Part shown: in pieces, positions 8,006 to 16,346 of the stretch
Numbering within the stretch: the stretch's first letter is position 1
Layout of the letters: each line of letters starts with the position of its first letter
Sequence record: ON287375.1
Strand: one strand, 5' to 3'
DNA length: 64,000 nt
The notes under the pieces: generated by a model
What the model was told of the DNA's origin: nothing
Database searches by the model: none
The model's input: only the letters and a program-made list of their open reading frames with translations
Translations under genes and position numbers: made by a program

Positions 8006-9383
8006 GAAAGTAAAGAAAGAAACTCAGGCCGATGCCAAAGTAACCACTGAACTGCAAAAGGATGTCAAGATGCCAACTCTGGAAGAAATCCAAAACTGTG
8101 AAGTTGGTCTGGCTTCTGATGATTCATTTGATGGTGGTTCAGATTTAATGAAGAAAGATACTTTCGGTTTGAATGTCGCTCAAGGTCGTGAAGGTGAATT
8201 GGCTCGACCAGATTCTTTAAAGGAATATCCATTGGTTACCATCGCCGGTGAGATGATCGAACTGAAAGAAATTGATCCACCCATGGATCCATATTGTTCA
8301 CCTATGGGGATCACACTGTCCTCTGAGCGTGGGTATACTGCGATCTATGGTCAGCGTGAAGCTAATAACGTCGCCAAGATGAAATGGTTTGGATTCAAAC
8401 TGGGTGGTGTGGAATTCTTAATCAGCTCTGGTTCATCTTTGGTTGTTGCTGAATCTCTCAATAATCATGGGTGCTGGTATGATGAAGGCGAAGGTGAAAT
8501 CACTGGACCTACCAAACTGATCCTCTGTGGTGCTAGTATTGAGACTCGTAATTTGGTTCTTCGCGGATATAATAGTCTGAACAACTCTTATATTACTACC
8601 CCGCAATACGTAGAACTTAAGAAAGCGATCTTGACCACATCGTGTGTTAGTTCGGATTCTAATGTCACCCTTACATCGTCAGTTCTGACTGACACATCTA
8701 TTCTGGGTAATAATACCCAATATATCAATCTGACCAAGACTAAACTTGAAGAAGCTCGTATCGGCGGTTTCAATCGAATCAATCTGATCGATGTTGATTC
8801 ATACCGTAGTGCCAAGTTCTCCCTCAATGGTTGGTCTCGTCATGGTGTTACCGCACCATCTCTGGAAATTAAAAATACCAGACTGGTTTCTTTTGAAGGA
8901 CAATTCTCTAACCTGGGAGATAATCTTTCTAAGTGGGAAGATATTTCCAACAGTTGGACTGAGCCATGTATTAACATCGGTAAAGGTATCGACTATGGTT
9001 ATTTCTCCGGTCTAACCACAATTCCTTTTGTTAAGATCGGTAAGTTTGATATCCTGGTTGGTGGTGAAGTATTTATGGCTTCTGAATTCTTCCCTGTTGA
9101 CAAAGGTGAAGCATATCCTACTCCTAGTAAACAACCACAGGAAGTTTCATTAGGTGGTGGATACGGACCATACAACAATAACTTCGGTATCGGTGTTCTA
9201 AATACTGGTGCTCATTATCGTGGAACTATGTTGTGGAACCGTGCGGCTAAAGCTATCTTTGGCTTCAAATACGGTAAACAACCAATCGGTAAAAATGGCG
9301 AAGCAATTGTCAATGCTTTAATTGAGCAAATTAAATCACGTATTGGTATTTACGTGGAGTTAACGAATCTGACAACAATGTAA
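7998..9383 (+). CDS. hypothetical protein, 461 aa, central beta-solenoid-like repeats
   Basis: Long ORF with periodic [VI]xLxxxxLxxxx[IV] units. Confidence 0.85.
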   Translation: MTKKVKKETQADAKVTTELQKDVKMPTLEEIQNCEVGLASDDSFDGGSDLMKKDTFGLNVAQGREGELARPDSLKEYPLVTIAGEMIELKEIDPPMDPYCSPMGITLSSERGYTAIYGQREANNVAKMKWFGFKLGGVEFLISSGSSLVVAESLNNHGCWYDEGEGEITGPTKLILCGASIETRNLVLRGYNSLNNSYITTPQYVELKKAILTTSCVSSDSNVTLTSSVLTDTSILGNNTQYINLTKTKLEEARIGGFNRINLIDVDSYRSAKFSLNGWSRHGVTAPSLEIKNTRLVSFEGQFSNLGDNLSKWEDISNSWTEPCINIGKGIDYGYFSGLTTIPFVKIGKFDILVGGEVFMASEFFPVDKGEAYPTPSKQPQEVSLGGGYGPYNNNFGIGVLNTGAHYRGTMLWNRAAKAIFGFKYGKQPIGKNGEAIVNALIEQIKSRIGIYVELTNLTTM

Positions 9384-9394
9384 TAGGTAAGCGT

Positions 9395-10087
9395 ATGGGA
9401 ACAACAACTGCTGTTATAAATGCACAAGTTAGTGAAGAAATTACTAAGTTGATGCATTCATTCGGTAACTTGTTCGTTCACGTATCAGGGGAAGGGAAGG
9501 TTGACTTCCGTGCTCCTGGTATGGGTTCTGGATGGTTAGGGATGATCAAAGTTATTCTTTCTGGCGATGTTGGGTGTATGAAACCTTATAAGGGTTATGA
9601 CACCTGTGCATTTGACCAAGCGATTGAATACCTGATGGACCTGGACATGACACCTCATCTGAACAGTTCAATCAATGAAGAGTATACCGTTGGTCGTGAA
9701 CGTTGGGTGAAGTTCATTCAAGGTATCAAGGAAGAATGTTCTTTCGTTGGTAAGCCACTGCCGAAGTACTCTTTTGAGTTACGTTCTGATGATGACAAGC
9801 ATGTGGTTACTCGCATTACTTTGGAACCTATTTGTAATGGTTTCGTTGTGGGTGAGTTACAAGCTACCAAAGAGTCAGAATACATCGGTGTGATTGAAGA
9901 CTATGATCAACCCAAGATTAACTCTTGTTTCATCCAGTGTGAAGGTAAAGAATACGAAATTGAATTAGATAAACTACTTCACTATCGTCATCGTAAATAT
10001 CTTCCTCGTAAAGGGGATTACTTGTTGTTTAATAATGACAAGGGTGTTTACGTGATCCTTCCTCAGGAAGACTACTCGATTCATTAA
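9395..10087 (+). CDS. hypothetical protein
   Basis: ORF in operon, SD aggt. Confidence 0.85.
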   Translation: MGTTTAVINAQVSEEITKLMHSFGNLFVHVSGEGKVDFRAPGMGSGWLGMIKVILSGDVGCMKPYKGYDTCAFDQAIEYLMDLDMTPHLNSSINEEYTVGRERWVKFIQGIKEECSFVGKPLPKYSFELRSDDDKHVVTRITLEPICNGFVVGELQATKESEYIGVIEDYDQPKINSCFIQCEGKEYEIELDKLLHYRHRKYLPRKGDYLLFNNDKGVYVILPQEDYSIH

Positions 10088-10097
10088 TAACTAATGT

Positions 10098-10127
10098 AAC
10101 CTCTACTCCTTAACGGGAGTAGAGGTT
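10098..10127 (+). terminator. hairpin terminator
   Basis: aacctctactcc-ttaacg-ggagtagaggtt; 26 nt identical to 51651-51676. Confidence 0.8.
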
Positions 10128-10153
10128 CATATTCATTTGTATTTATTTTTGGA

Positions 10154-10174
10154 CTTATATTATCTAAGTGTATA
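10154..10174 (+). promoter_or_regulatory. putative early promoter, copy 2
   Basis: cttatattatctaagtgtata. Confidence 0.65.
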
Positions 10175-10213
10175 AGTAAACAATTTTTAATTAACCTATA
10201 GAAGGAAAGAATT

Positions 10214-10543
10214 ATGAAAGATATTAAAGCACCTACTAAAATGGTTTCTGCACTGGCCGAAGAAGAACATAAGCTGGGCGCTCATTATCATGGTAGTAAC
10301 GAACAGTTCGGCATAGTAACTCATCGCCATCATCAATTACTGACCATGGCTCGTGAAGAACGCATCACCGAGCTGGAAGATAAACTGGAGAAAGCCATGA
10401 ACTATGACTTTGATCTAGTTGAAAGCATCCAGGAAAAGATTGACTTGTATACCGGCATGACTGATGTGGAATATAAATCTTATATCCGTACCAAATTGCT
10501 GTATGCTAGTAACTCGATCAAACCAATCATTCCAACCAAGTAA
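10214..10543 (+). CDS. hypothetical protein
   Basis: tatagaagga leader. Confidence 0.85.
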   Translation: MKDIKAPTKMVSALAEEEHKLGAHYHGSNEQFGIVTHRHHQLLTMAREERITELEDKLEKAMNYDFDLVESIQEKIDLYTGMTDVEYKSYIRTKLLYASNSIKPIIPTK

Positions 10544-10572
10544 TTTAACCTTTTAATATAGAGAGAAACAAA

Positions 10573-11058
10573 ATGACTAACTCAATCCAAGCATTAGCCG
10601 AATTCCATGACTATGTTCCTTTTCAGCAGATGATGTCCACCAAACACTACATCCCTTCTGTCAAAGCAAAACCTGAACGTCGTAAGTATAAAGTTCGTGG
10701 TGAAGACATCACCTTCAATATTGCTGGCGATACACCTACCCAAATCCGCTGGATCGCTTATCAACTTCTGGAACGTCTGGAAGAAATCAAAGGTCTCAAG
10801 TTGTATGGACTTCCTCATCTCATCGAGTGGGAAACGGGGATCCCTAATCTGAAGCCAGTAAATGAATACCGTTTCTGTTCCCCGGTGAAAAACATTACAC
10901 TGGAAATTGCTGAATTCAAAGACGGCGAGCGTATCATCATCCAGATGTTTGAACATCGTGATGAACGTCAGTCGTTTATGTTCAAATCTAATGAACAACA
11001 GGTCACTGCTGTAATCAATACACTTCGCGGCATCGTGCAGCGTTTGGCTGGTAAGTAA
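10573..11058 (+). CDS. hypothetical protein
   Basis: tatagagagaaa leader. Confidence 0.85.
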   Translation: MTNSIQALAEFHDYVPFQQMMSTKHYIPSVKAKPERRKYKVRGEDITFNIAGDTPTQIRWIAYQLLERLEEIKGLKLYGLPHLIEWETGIPNLKPVNEYRFCSPVKNITLEIAEFKDGERIIIQMFEHRDERQSFMFKSNEQQVTAVINTLRGIVQRLAGK

Positions 11059-11270
11059 TGGGAGAACGTGTTAGCAAAGCACTTTATATCATGCAGCTTA
11101 AAGCGGGTATGAGAAAAATGGTGCTGCCCAAAATGAAGACATTAATCGAGTTAGAAATTAACAAGCTCGAAAGAATGTCTGAAAAGGAGTTTGACGAATA
11201 TGTCTTAAAGACAACCGGCAAACAAAATGAAATCACCCCTGACAAAACTAAAGTGCGTACGCAACGCTAA
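11058..11270 (+). CDS. hypothetical basic protein
   Basis: TAATG coupling. Confidence 0.7.
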   Translation: MGERVSKALYIMQLKAGMRKMVLPKMKTLIELEINKLERMSEKEFDEYVLKTTGKQNEITPDKTKVRTQR

Positions 11271-11279
11271 GGAAATAAA

Positions 11280-11519
11280 ATGAAAGCTCAATTCCGCATC
11301 ACTCGCCGTAAACTGATCGAAGATATGAAGGTACTGCGTCAACAACGTGCAGCTATCAAAGGCAACCCTGATATGAAAGAAAAGTATCGGCAACTGGGTG
11401 AAGTCATCGTTGAGACTCAGAGTAAGATTGACCGTCTGAGTGCTTCGTTGGGCCTTCCAGTAATGACCACTAAAAACTTCGCCAGGGCACACGGTATTAA
11501 GGCTACTGACAAGAAGTAA
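11280..11519 (+). CDS. hypothetical basic helical protein
   Basis: SD aagga. Confidence 0.8.
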   Translation: MKAQFRITRRKLIEDMKVLRQQRAAIKGNPDMKEKYRQLGEVIVETQSKIDRLSASLGLPVMTTKNFARAHGIKATDKK

Positions 11520-11566
11520 TCGTCAGTAGTACCTCATTTATAACCTATTTGAAAGAGAGAAATAAA

Positions 11567-12196
11567 ATGGCTAGTAAGAAACCTCGTAACAAGAAATTTA
11601 ATCAACTTCGCTCACGGACCGCTCATATTACCAACGTCCTAAATAAGGCCATCAATAAGTTTTACATGATGGGTGATATGAACCATGATCCAATGTCTTT
11701 CCATGTCTCTGATATCAAGATGCATCTGAAAGGTAATGACCTGGGTATTGCTCTGAGTGAGGTGGCTAAGTTCTTCTATGGGGAGAAGCGCCATTGGGCT
11801 ATTGGTATCTATCACTTCTTTAATATCAATGATAAGGTTGAAGTTGTTCCAACTATTATCAAGATGGATGGGGTTGATCTCCGTGAAGTCGCTGAAGTTG
11901 TTGATGTAAATGTCAAGTTAGCCAAAGAAGCAATCCTGGATCCAGAGGAAGGTTATACAGAAGAGAACCACTTCTTCTATGGTTACTATATCAATTATGG
12001 TGACAACCTCTCCTGGGACGCTATGGAAGCTGATATCATCAAAGCCTTTATGAAAGTAAACCGTGACTTCGAGAATGTGAGTCCTGTGGTTTGCGAGTGT
12101 ACTGCTGAGAAAGTACTACAGGCTATCGCTGGTGAGAAATTCAGTATTACCGACAGTGACCGTTTGAAAACCACCATGACCGAGGAAACAGAATAA
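11567..12196 (+). CDS. hypothetical protein
   Basis: Start moved to ATG 11567 (MASKKPRNKK) after gagag SD. Confidence 0.85.
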   Translation: MASKKPRNKKFNQLRSRTAHITNVLNKAINKFYMMGDMNHDPMSFHVSDIKMHLKGNDLGIALSEVAKFFYGEKRHWAIGIYHFFNINDKVEVVPTIIKMDGVDLREVAEVVDVNVKLAKEAILDPEEGYTEENHFFYGYYINYGDNLSWDAMEADIIKAFMKVNRDFENVSPVVCECTAEKVLQAIAGEKFSITDSDRLKTTMTEETE

Positions 12197-12531
12197 TGGC
12201 TAAGATGAAATTAATATTTACCGAGTATCAAGAGAACTGGGATAACTTTACTGTTCATGTGGTTGTTAAAGCAACACTGAACAATGTTCCATTGGAGGCT
12301 ATCTCCTTGGACATGTCCCATAAACGTGCAACTACTGCGGTGATACATCGTGCCGTTGCGGATCAAGTCATGGATGTGGTTCAACAGGCAATCAAACGTC
12401 TGGGCATGCAACCTACTGACTACGATCGCGACCTTCAATCCATGTTGAAGGAGTTTGATGTATTCTTACATCAAGATTTCAGAGATCAGTGTGCGGAATA
12501 TGAAATCCCATACAAACATCTGATAGCTTAA
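12196..12531 (+). CDS. hypothetical protein
   Basis: TAATG coupling, SD gagga. Confidence 0.8.
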   Translation: MAKMKLIFTEYQENWDNFTVHVVVKATLNNVPLEAISLDMSHKRATTAVIHRAVADQVMDVVQQAIKRLGMQPTDYDRDLQSMLKEFDVFLHQDFRDQCAEYEIPYKHLIA

Positions 12532-12562
12532 CATAAACCTTTAGACTATAGAGAGAAATATC

Positions 12563-12910
12563 ATGAAACCAGTACTTACTTTCACCGATCTGATCATCAA
12601 TGATGAAGATGGCAAATATAGCATCGAAATGATCGCCACAATAAACCGTGAGCTTGTGAAGAAGATCACTCGCTCGATTATGTCACCTAATCAGGAAATG
12701 CGTCAGAGTGTCTTACAGAGCGCTCTAGATGGTATCTGTTTAGCTGCAGCTTGTGTGATGGATAACCGTGAATCAGGGTTCCATTATCCTGCCGGCATGA
12801 ACCTGGTTGAGAAACTGTCACTGTTTGAAATCAAACAAACTCCAACGATGGCTAATGATCTGCATGCCGCAGGTTTCAATAGCAATGTCATTATGGCTGC
12901 TATCTGGTAA
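12563..12910 (+). CDS. hypothetical protein
   Basis: gactatagagagaaatatcatg leader. Confidence 0.85.
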   Translation: MKPVLTFTDLIINDEDGKYSIEMIATINRELVKKITRSIMSPNQEMRQSVLQSALDGICLAAACVMDNRESGFHYPAGMNLVEKLSLFEIKQTPTMANDLHAAGFNSNVIMAAIW

Positions 12911-12920
12911 TAATAACTTT

Positions 12921-12944
12921 ATGCTCGGTTTAAATATCGGGCAT
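12921..12944 (+). terminator. hairpin
   Basis: atgctcggt-ttaaat-atcgggcat after a stop codon. Confidence 0.5.
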
Positions 12945-12975
12945 CTAAATTAACTCATTCAGGAAACTTATAGAA

Positions 12976-14286
12976 ATGACTAAATGTAAAGAAGTAGTAA
13001 TTGCTAAATTCGAAGAAGTTAATGGTACTGAAATTCTCATTACTTCTGTTGATGGACACACTGGGCAAGCTCCGGGTATGTTTGAAGCCATCCAGAAACT
13101 GGTGTGCGATAAGTACGCTGAAGACTGGAAAGAAGAAAATGCAATTCGCCGTATTGCTTTTAAAGATCTGGTGGTTAAATATAACATCACCCGTGCGCCA
13201 GGTGTTGAACTGCCAGTAGGGTATCCTGGTGGCGTGTATGAAGCTATCGTTATTAAAGGTAGCCAACCAGCCTTGGTATTAACACAATACCAGGCAGCCC
13301 AGGGATGGCCTAGTGGTACCATCTATACTTTCACCGGTACACTTGGTGATCGTAAAGCCACAGTAGCTCGTGGTAACGTTGCGTCAGCATTACTGGATCT
13401 GTTTATTGAACTGGGATGTGAATTTGAAAGAGGCCGCGCCATTGAGTGGCTGATTAGTGAATTCAATGTTCAGCTGGATGAGCGATTGGATCGTACCTTG
13501 GTATGTGACAAAGCTCTGAAAGATCTCCTCATTTGTATCGACGATAACACTCCTATCAAGAAGGAAAAGAAAGTGACTAAGCAAAAAGAACAACGCATCA
13601 AACTGAACATCATCGACATCGAACCCAATGCTGTTAAAGATTGGGTATTCACTATTGATGGTACTGGTATCTATGGTGAAGAAATTCCGCGCACTAAGTT
13701 CATCGTGACCAGCCCGGATAACTCCAATAACTCAGTGCGGACTAACCCGCGTATTGTTATTGCAGCAGTTCTCCCATCTATCTGCAGCCTGACTGATGAT
13801 CAGTTGATTGCTTTGCGTACCGGTGAACCTAGTAAGTTCATTGAAAATATTGATTGGACCAGCGAAGTAAAACGTGGGTTCCCTAAAAACAATGCGGGCG
13901 CTGTCATCCTTAACTTCCTGTCTGAAATTGAAGATGCAGGTAAAGGCGATATCCTGGATGCCTTGGTTGAGTTCATGTTCAACCGGGAACTGAAATGGGA
14001 CGCTGAGATGCAGCTGCAACGCAATATGACTGGCACCACTCGTGAAGGTGCTGAGTGCCGTTTCTCAGTAGTGCACGCTGTAGGTAACTTCTATATCGAT
14101 GGTGCTATCGAACTGCGCAAGATCCGCATCTTCAAAGATCACTCGACTGTGCAGATCTACACCACACCGAACACTCACAACTTCGATAAAGAAACCAATT
14201 GCAAAACCTTCACTATCAATGAACCGAAAAATGTGCTGACTTACCTGCGCGGCATCTCTGAAGTTCAAACTCGTTCATCTAAGTAA
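12976..14286 (+). CDS. hypothetical protein, 436 aa
   Basis: Long ORF, SD agga. Confidence 0.88.
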   Translation: MTKCKEVVIAKFEEVNGTEILITSVDGHTGQAPGMFEAIQKLVCDKYAEDWKEENAIRRIAFKDLVVKYNITRAPGVELPVGYPGGVYEAIVIKGSQPALVLTQYQAAQGWPSGTIYTFTGTLGDRKATVARGNVASALLDLFIELGCEFERGRAIEWLISEFNVQLDERLDRTLVCDKALKDLLICIDDNTPIKKEKKVTKQKEQRIKLNIIDIEPNAVKDWVFTIDGTGIYGEEIPRTKFIVTSPDNSNNSVRTNPRIVIAAVLPSICSLTDDQLIALRTGEPSKFIENIDWTSEVKRGFPKNNAGAVILNFLSEIEDAGKGDILDALVEFMFNRELKWDAEMQLQRNMTGTTREGAECRFSVVHAVGNFYIDGAIELRKIRIFKDHSTVQIYTTPNTHNFDKETNCKTFTINEPKNVLTYLRGISEVQTRSSK

Positions 14287-14319
14287 ATAAACCTAATAAC
14301 ACCCACAGAGGAAATATAA

Positions 14320-14667
14320 ATGAAACGCGCTTTAGTTCTTGTATTTGGTCTTGTATGCCTGGTAAGTGCTTTATTGATTGACACACCACCGGCATTGGCT
14401 AAGAACTCTGGTGATCATTTTGTCAAGGGGAAGATCGTGGCATTGGAAGGTTGTTACACTAAACCGACTAGTGTTAATGCGACCTGTTTAGCTGTAATTG
14501 AAACTAACAAAGGAAGTCATCCTGCAAAAGTAGTAGGGGATGTTTATTTAGGTAAGACTGTTTATCAGGAGTGCACTTATGCTTCTGGTGAACAACGTTG
14601 TAGTAAACCTTGGGGAACTTCTGTGGGCGAAGTTTATTTACATGGTGGTGAACAAGATTTAGAATAA
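14320..14667 (+). CDS. exported Cys-rich protein
   Basis: SD gagga; MKR + hydrophobic signal + ALA cleavage site; four Cys in the mature part. Confidence 0.8.
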   Translation: MKRALVLVFGLVCLVSALLIDTPPALAKNSGDHFVKGKIVALEGCYTKPTSVNATCLAVIETNKGSHPAKVVGDVYLGKTVYQECTYASGEQRCSKPWGTSVGEVYLHGGEQDLE

Positions 14668-14677
14668 GCAAACATAT

Positions 14678-14708
14678 AGAGAACCTACCCGCATTGGGTA
14701 GGTTCTCT
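14678..14708. terminator. hairpin terminator between convergent genes
   Basis: agagaacctaccc-gcatt-gggtaggttctct, 13-bp stem, T-run at 14725-14735. Confidence 0.85.
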
Positions 14709-14733
14709 TATTAATCATTGTTTATTTTTTTTT

Positions 14734-16212
14734 TTATGCTTTATAGATAGAGCCAGTTCCAGATAAGGACCCTAAGTTGAAGTTCATTTCAACAGTATTA
14801 CCAATACCGTCATCAGCCAGATAAACAGTCCATGGGCCAGACCCGGAAGGAGCACTTACTATATTAGCACCCCTTAACCATATTAACTCCAAGTTACCAG
14901 TTAATTCAACAGGTGTACCGCCTATGGATCGCTGTTGTTTAGCTGTAAATATAAACTTAGAGTTCTTAGCCCCCTTGTCCAATACGACAGGAGATGCAGT
15001 AACTGAGAATGGTTGATCGCGGCAAGTTATAGATGGTAGCGTTACAACATATTCCCCATATTTAGTTTTAACAGTTACAGTACAGGAAGAACTACCATAT
15101 TTATAGCCAGAGGTATAACTTACTTCGTATTCACCATTGGCAGAATTACTAGCTTTAAACCCACTGCCAAAATTACTAAATGATGTAGAAGGTGAGTTAT
15201 TAGTTCTCGATACGTATGTCGCATCTGTGACTATCTCACCCGTATCATAAACCATCTTAAATTTCATGTTACCGTTAGACAATGAAATGATGGAACCTTC
15301 ACTCAAGAGGCTTGCTTTAATTGATTTTGGTTTAGCTAGTAAATTAAAACTAACCTTCAAGGTCATTGGCCAAGTATAACCTTCCTGGGTAACATCAAAC
15401 TTAAACGTTACTTCATGAGTGATGTCATTAGTTATTTCTTTAATGACTTCCCAAGAACCTTGTGCATCAAATTTTAAGTATTCACTAGTGCAAACTAAGT
15501 TGGTAATAGATGAAGTAATGTCTTCACCTTTACCATTTGTAATTTTAATTGGCATGGTCCCTTTATCACCGTAAACTATCGAGGTGATAAGTTTCTCAGC
15601 CTGTATTACGGGTTCCCAGCAGACATTGAGCGTATGTGAAATACTAGATGAATACAGGTTAAGATTAAAATTAAAGTTGGTAGAAAACACAGCTGGGTCT
15701 TTATTAATCTTACTTTCATTCATTTTTACGCTGAAGGAGTTTTCATCAGTTCCCACTATGGTGAAGGTATCAGAACTGGTGTTAACTAATGTTGGATCTT
15801 TCAGACTTACTGTTTGATCTCCATTCTTCAATGACATATTTATTTTGTAAGTATTATCAGAAGAATGTTTCACTTTGTTGGGTTCTGCAGTTACTATTAT
15901 TAACTCAGAAGCACCGATATCGACAGTAAGGTCTTGGGTTGAAATATCCTTTCCTTCCACATTACCATTTACATCTTTTCTGGCAAATACGATTTGTAAA
16001 TCAGACTTTGCTTTAGCCTTGGCGGTGAAGGGTACTTCTCCAGTGACACCATCTTCATTCGCCTTACACTCACCCAGGTTAATTGCATCTTTAAGTACTG
16101 AATTATCTTTGTCTATTGTCACTTCATTCGGTATAGGGGTGTTTCTGAATGTAGGACGATATACTATCTTTCCAGTTTGCCCTTCTAGTAAATTAATTAT
16201 TTTAGACACTAC
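14734..16212 (-). CDS. Ig-like repeat virion fibre segment 4, ~492 aa
   Basis: Likely GTG start at 16212, 5 nt after a GGAGG SD (track start 16221 has no SD); ~100-aa beta-rich repeats like those of the upstream genes. Confidence 0.8.
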   Translation of the reverse strand, partial: VVSKIINLLEGQTGKIVYRPTFRNTPIPNEVTIDKDNSVLKDAINLGECKANEDGVTGEVPFTAKAKAKSDLQIVFARKDVNGNVEGKDISTQDLTVDIGASELIIVTAEPNKVKHSSDNTYKINMSLKNGDQTVSLKDPTLVNTSSDTFTIVGTDENSFSVKMNESKINKDPAVFSTNFNFNLNLYSSSISHTLNVCWEPVIQAEKLITSIVYGDKGTMPIKITNGKGEDITSSITNLVCTSEYLKFDAQGSWEVIKEITNDITHEVTFKFDVTQEGYTWPMTLKVSFNLLAKPKSIKASLLSEGSIISLSNGNMKFKMVYDTGEIVTDATYVSRTNNSPSTSFSNFGSGFKASNSANGEYEVSYTSGYKYGSSSCTVTVKTKYGEYVVTLPSITCRDQPFSVTASPVVLDKGAKNSKFIFTAKQQRSIGGTPVELTGNLELIWLRGANIVSAPSGSGPWTVYLADDGIGNTVEMNFNLGSLSGTGSIYKA

Positions 16213-16300
16213 TTCCTCCATATATCAGCAGGTGGTTCTGTATGAATATCTTTATAATGATTAATACCTTTCTTCTTCATATCTTTGATCTCTAGTTAGA

Positions 16301-16309
16301 TGACCATAG
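16301..16309 (-). promoter_or_regulatory. putative late promoter, TATG core
   Basis: CTATGGTCA on the minus strand, identical to 40538-40546; phiKZ late promoters carry TATG at the start site. Confidence 0.5.
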
Positions 16310-16313
16310 AATT

Positions 16314-16341
16314 CGAACCTTACGGTTTCCCGTAAGGTTCG
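16314..16341 (-). terminator. hairpin after segment 3
   Basis: 12-bp perfect stem with a GAAA loop on the minus strand; U-tract only on the plus side, so possibly a processing/stability hairpin. Confidence 0.65.
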
Positions 16342-16346
16342 TTTTA

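Noticed and set aside
14725-14735. Homopolymer run as a phase-variation or slippage site
   Set aside because: The T11 run overlaps only the stop codon of segment 4; the same T-runs follow other terminator hairpins (about 56722 and 58397)
16222-16300. Short minus-strand ORF MKKKGINHYKDIHTEPPADIWRK* overlapping the start of segment 4
   Set aside because: Only 23 aa with no convincing SD; at most a coupling peptide, and not supportable as a gene
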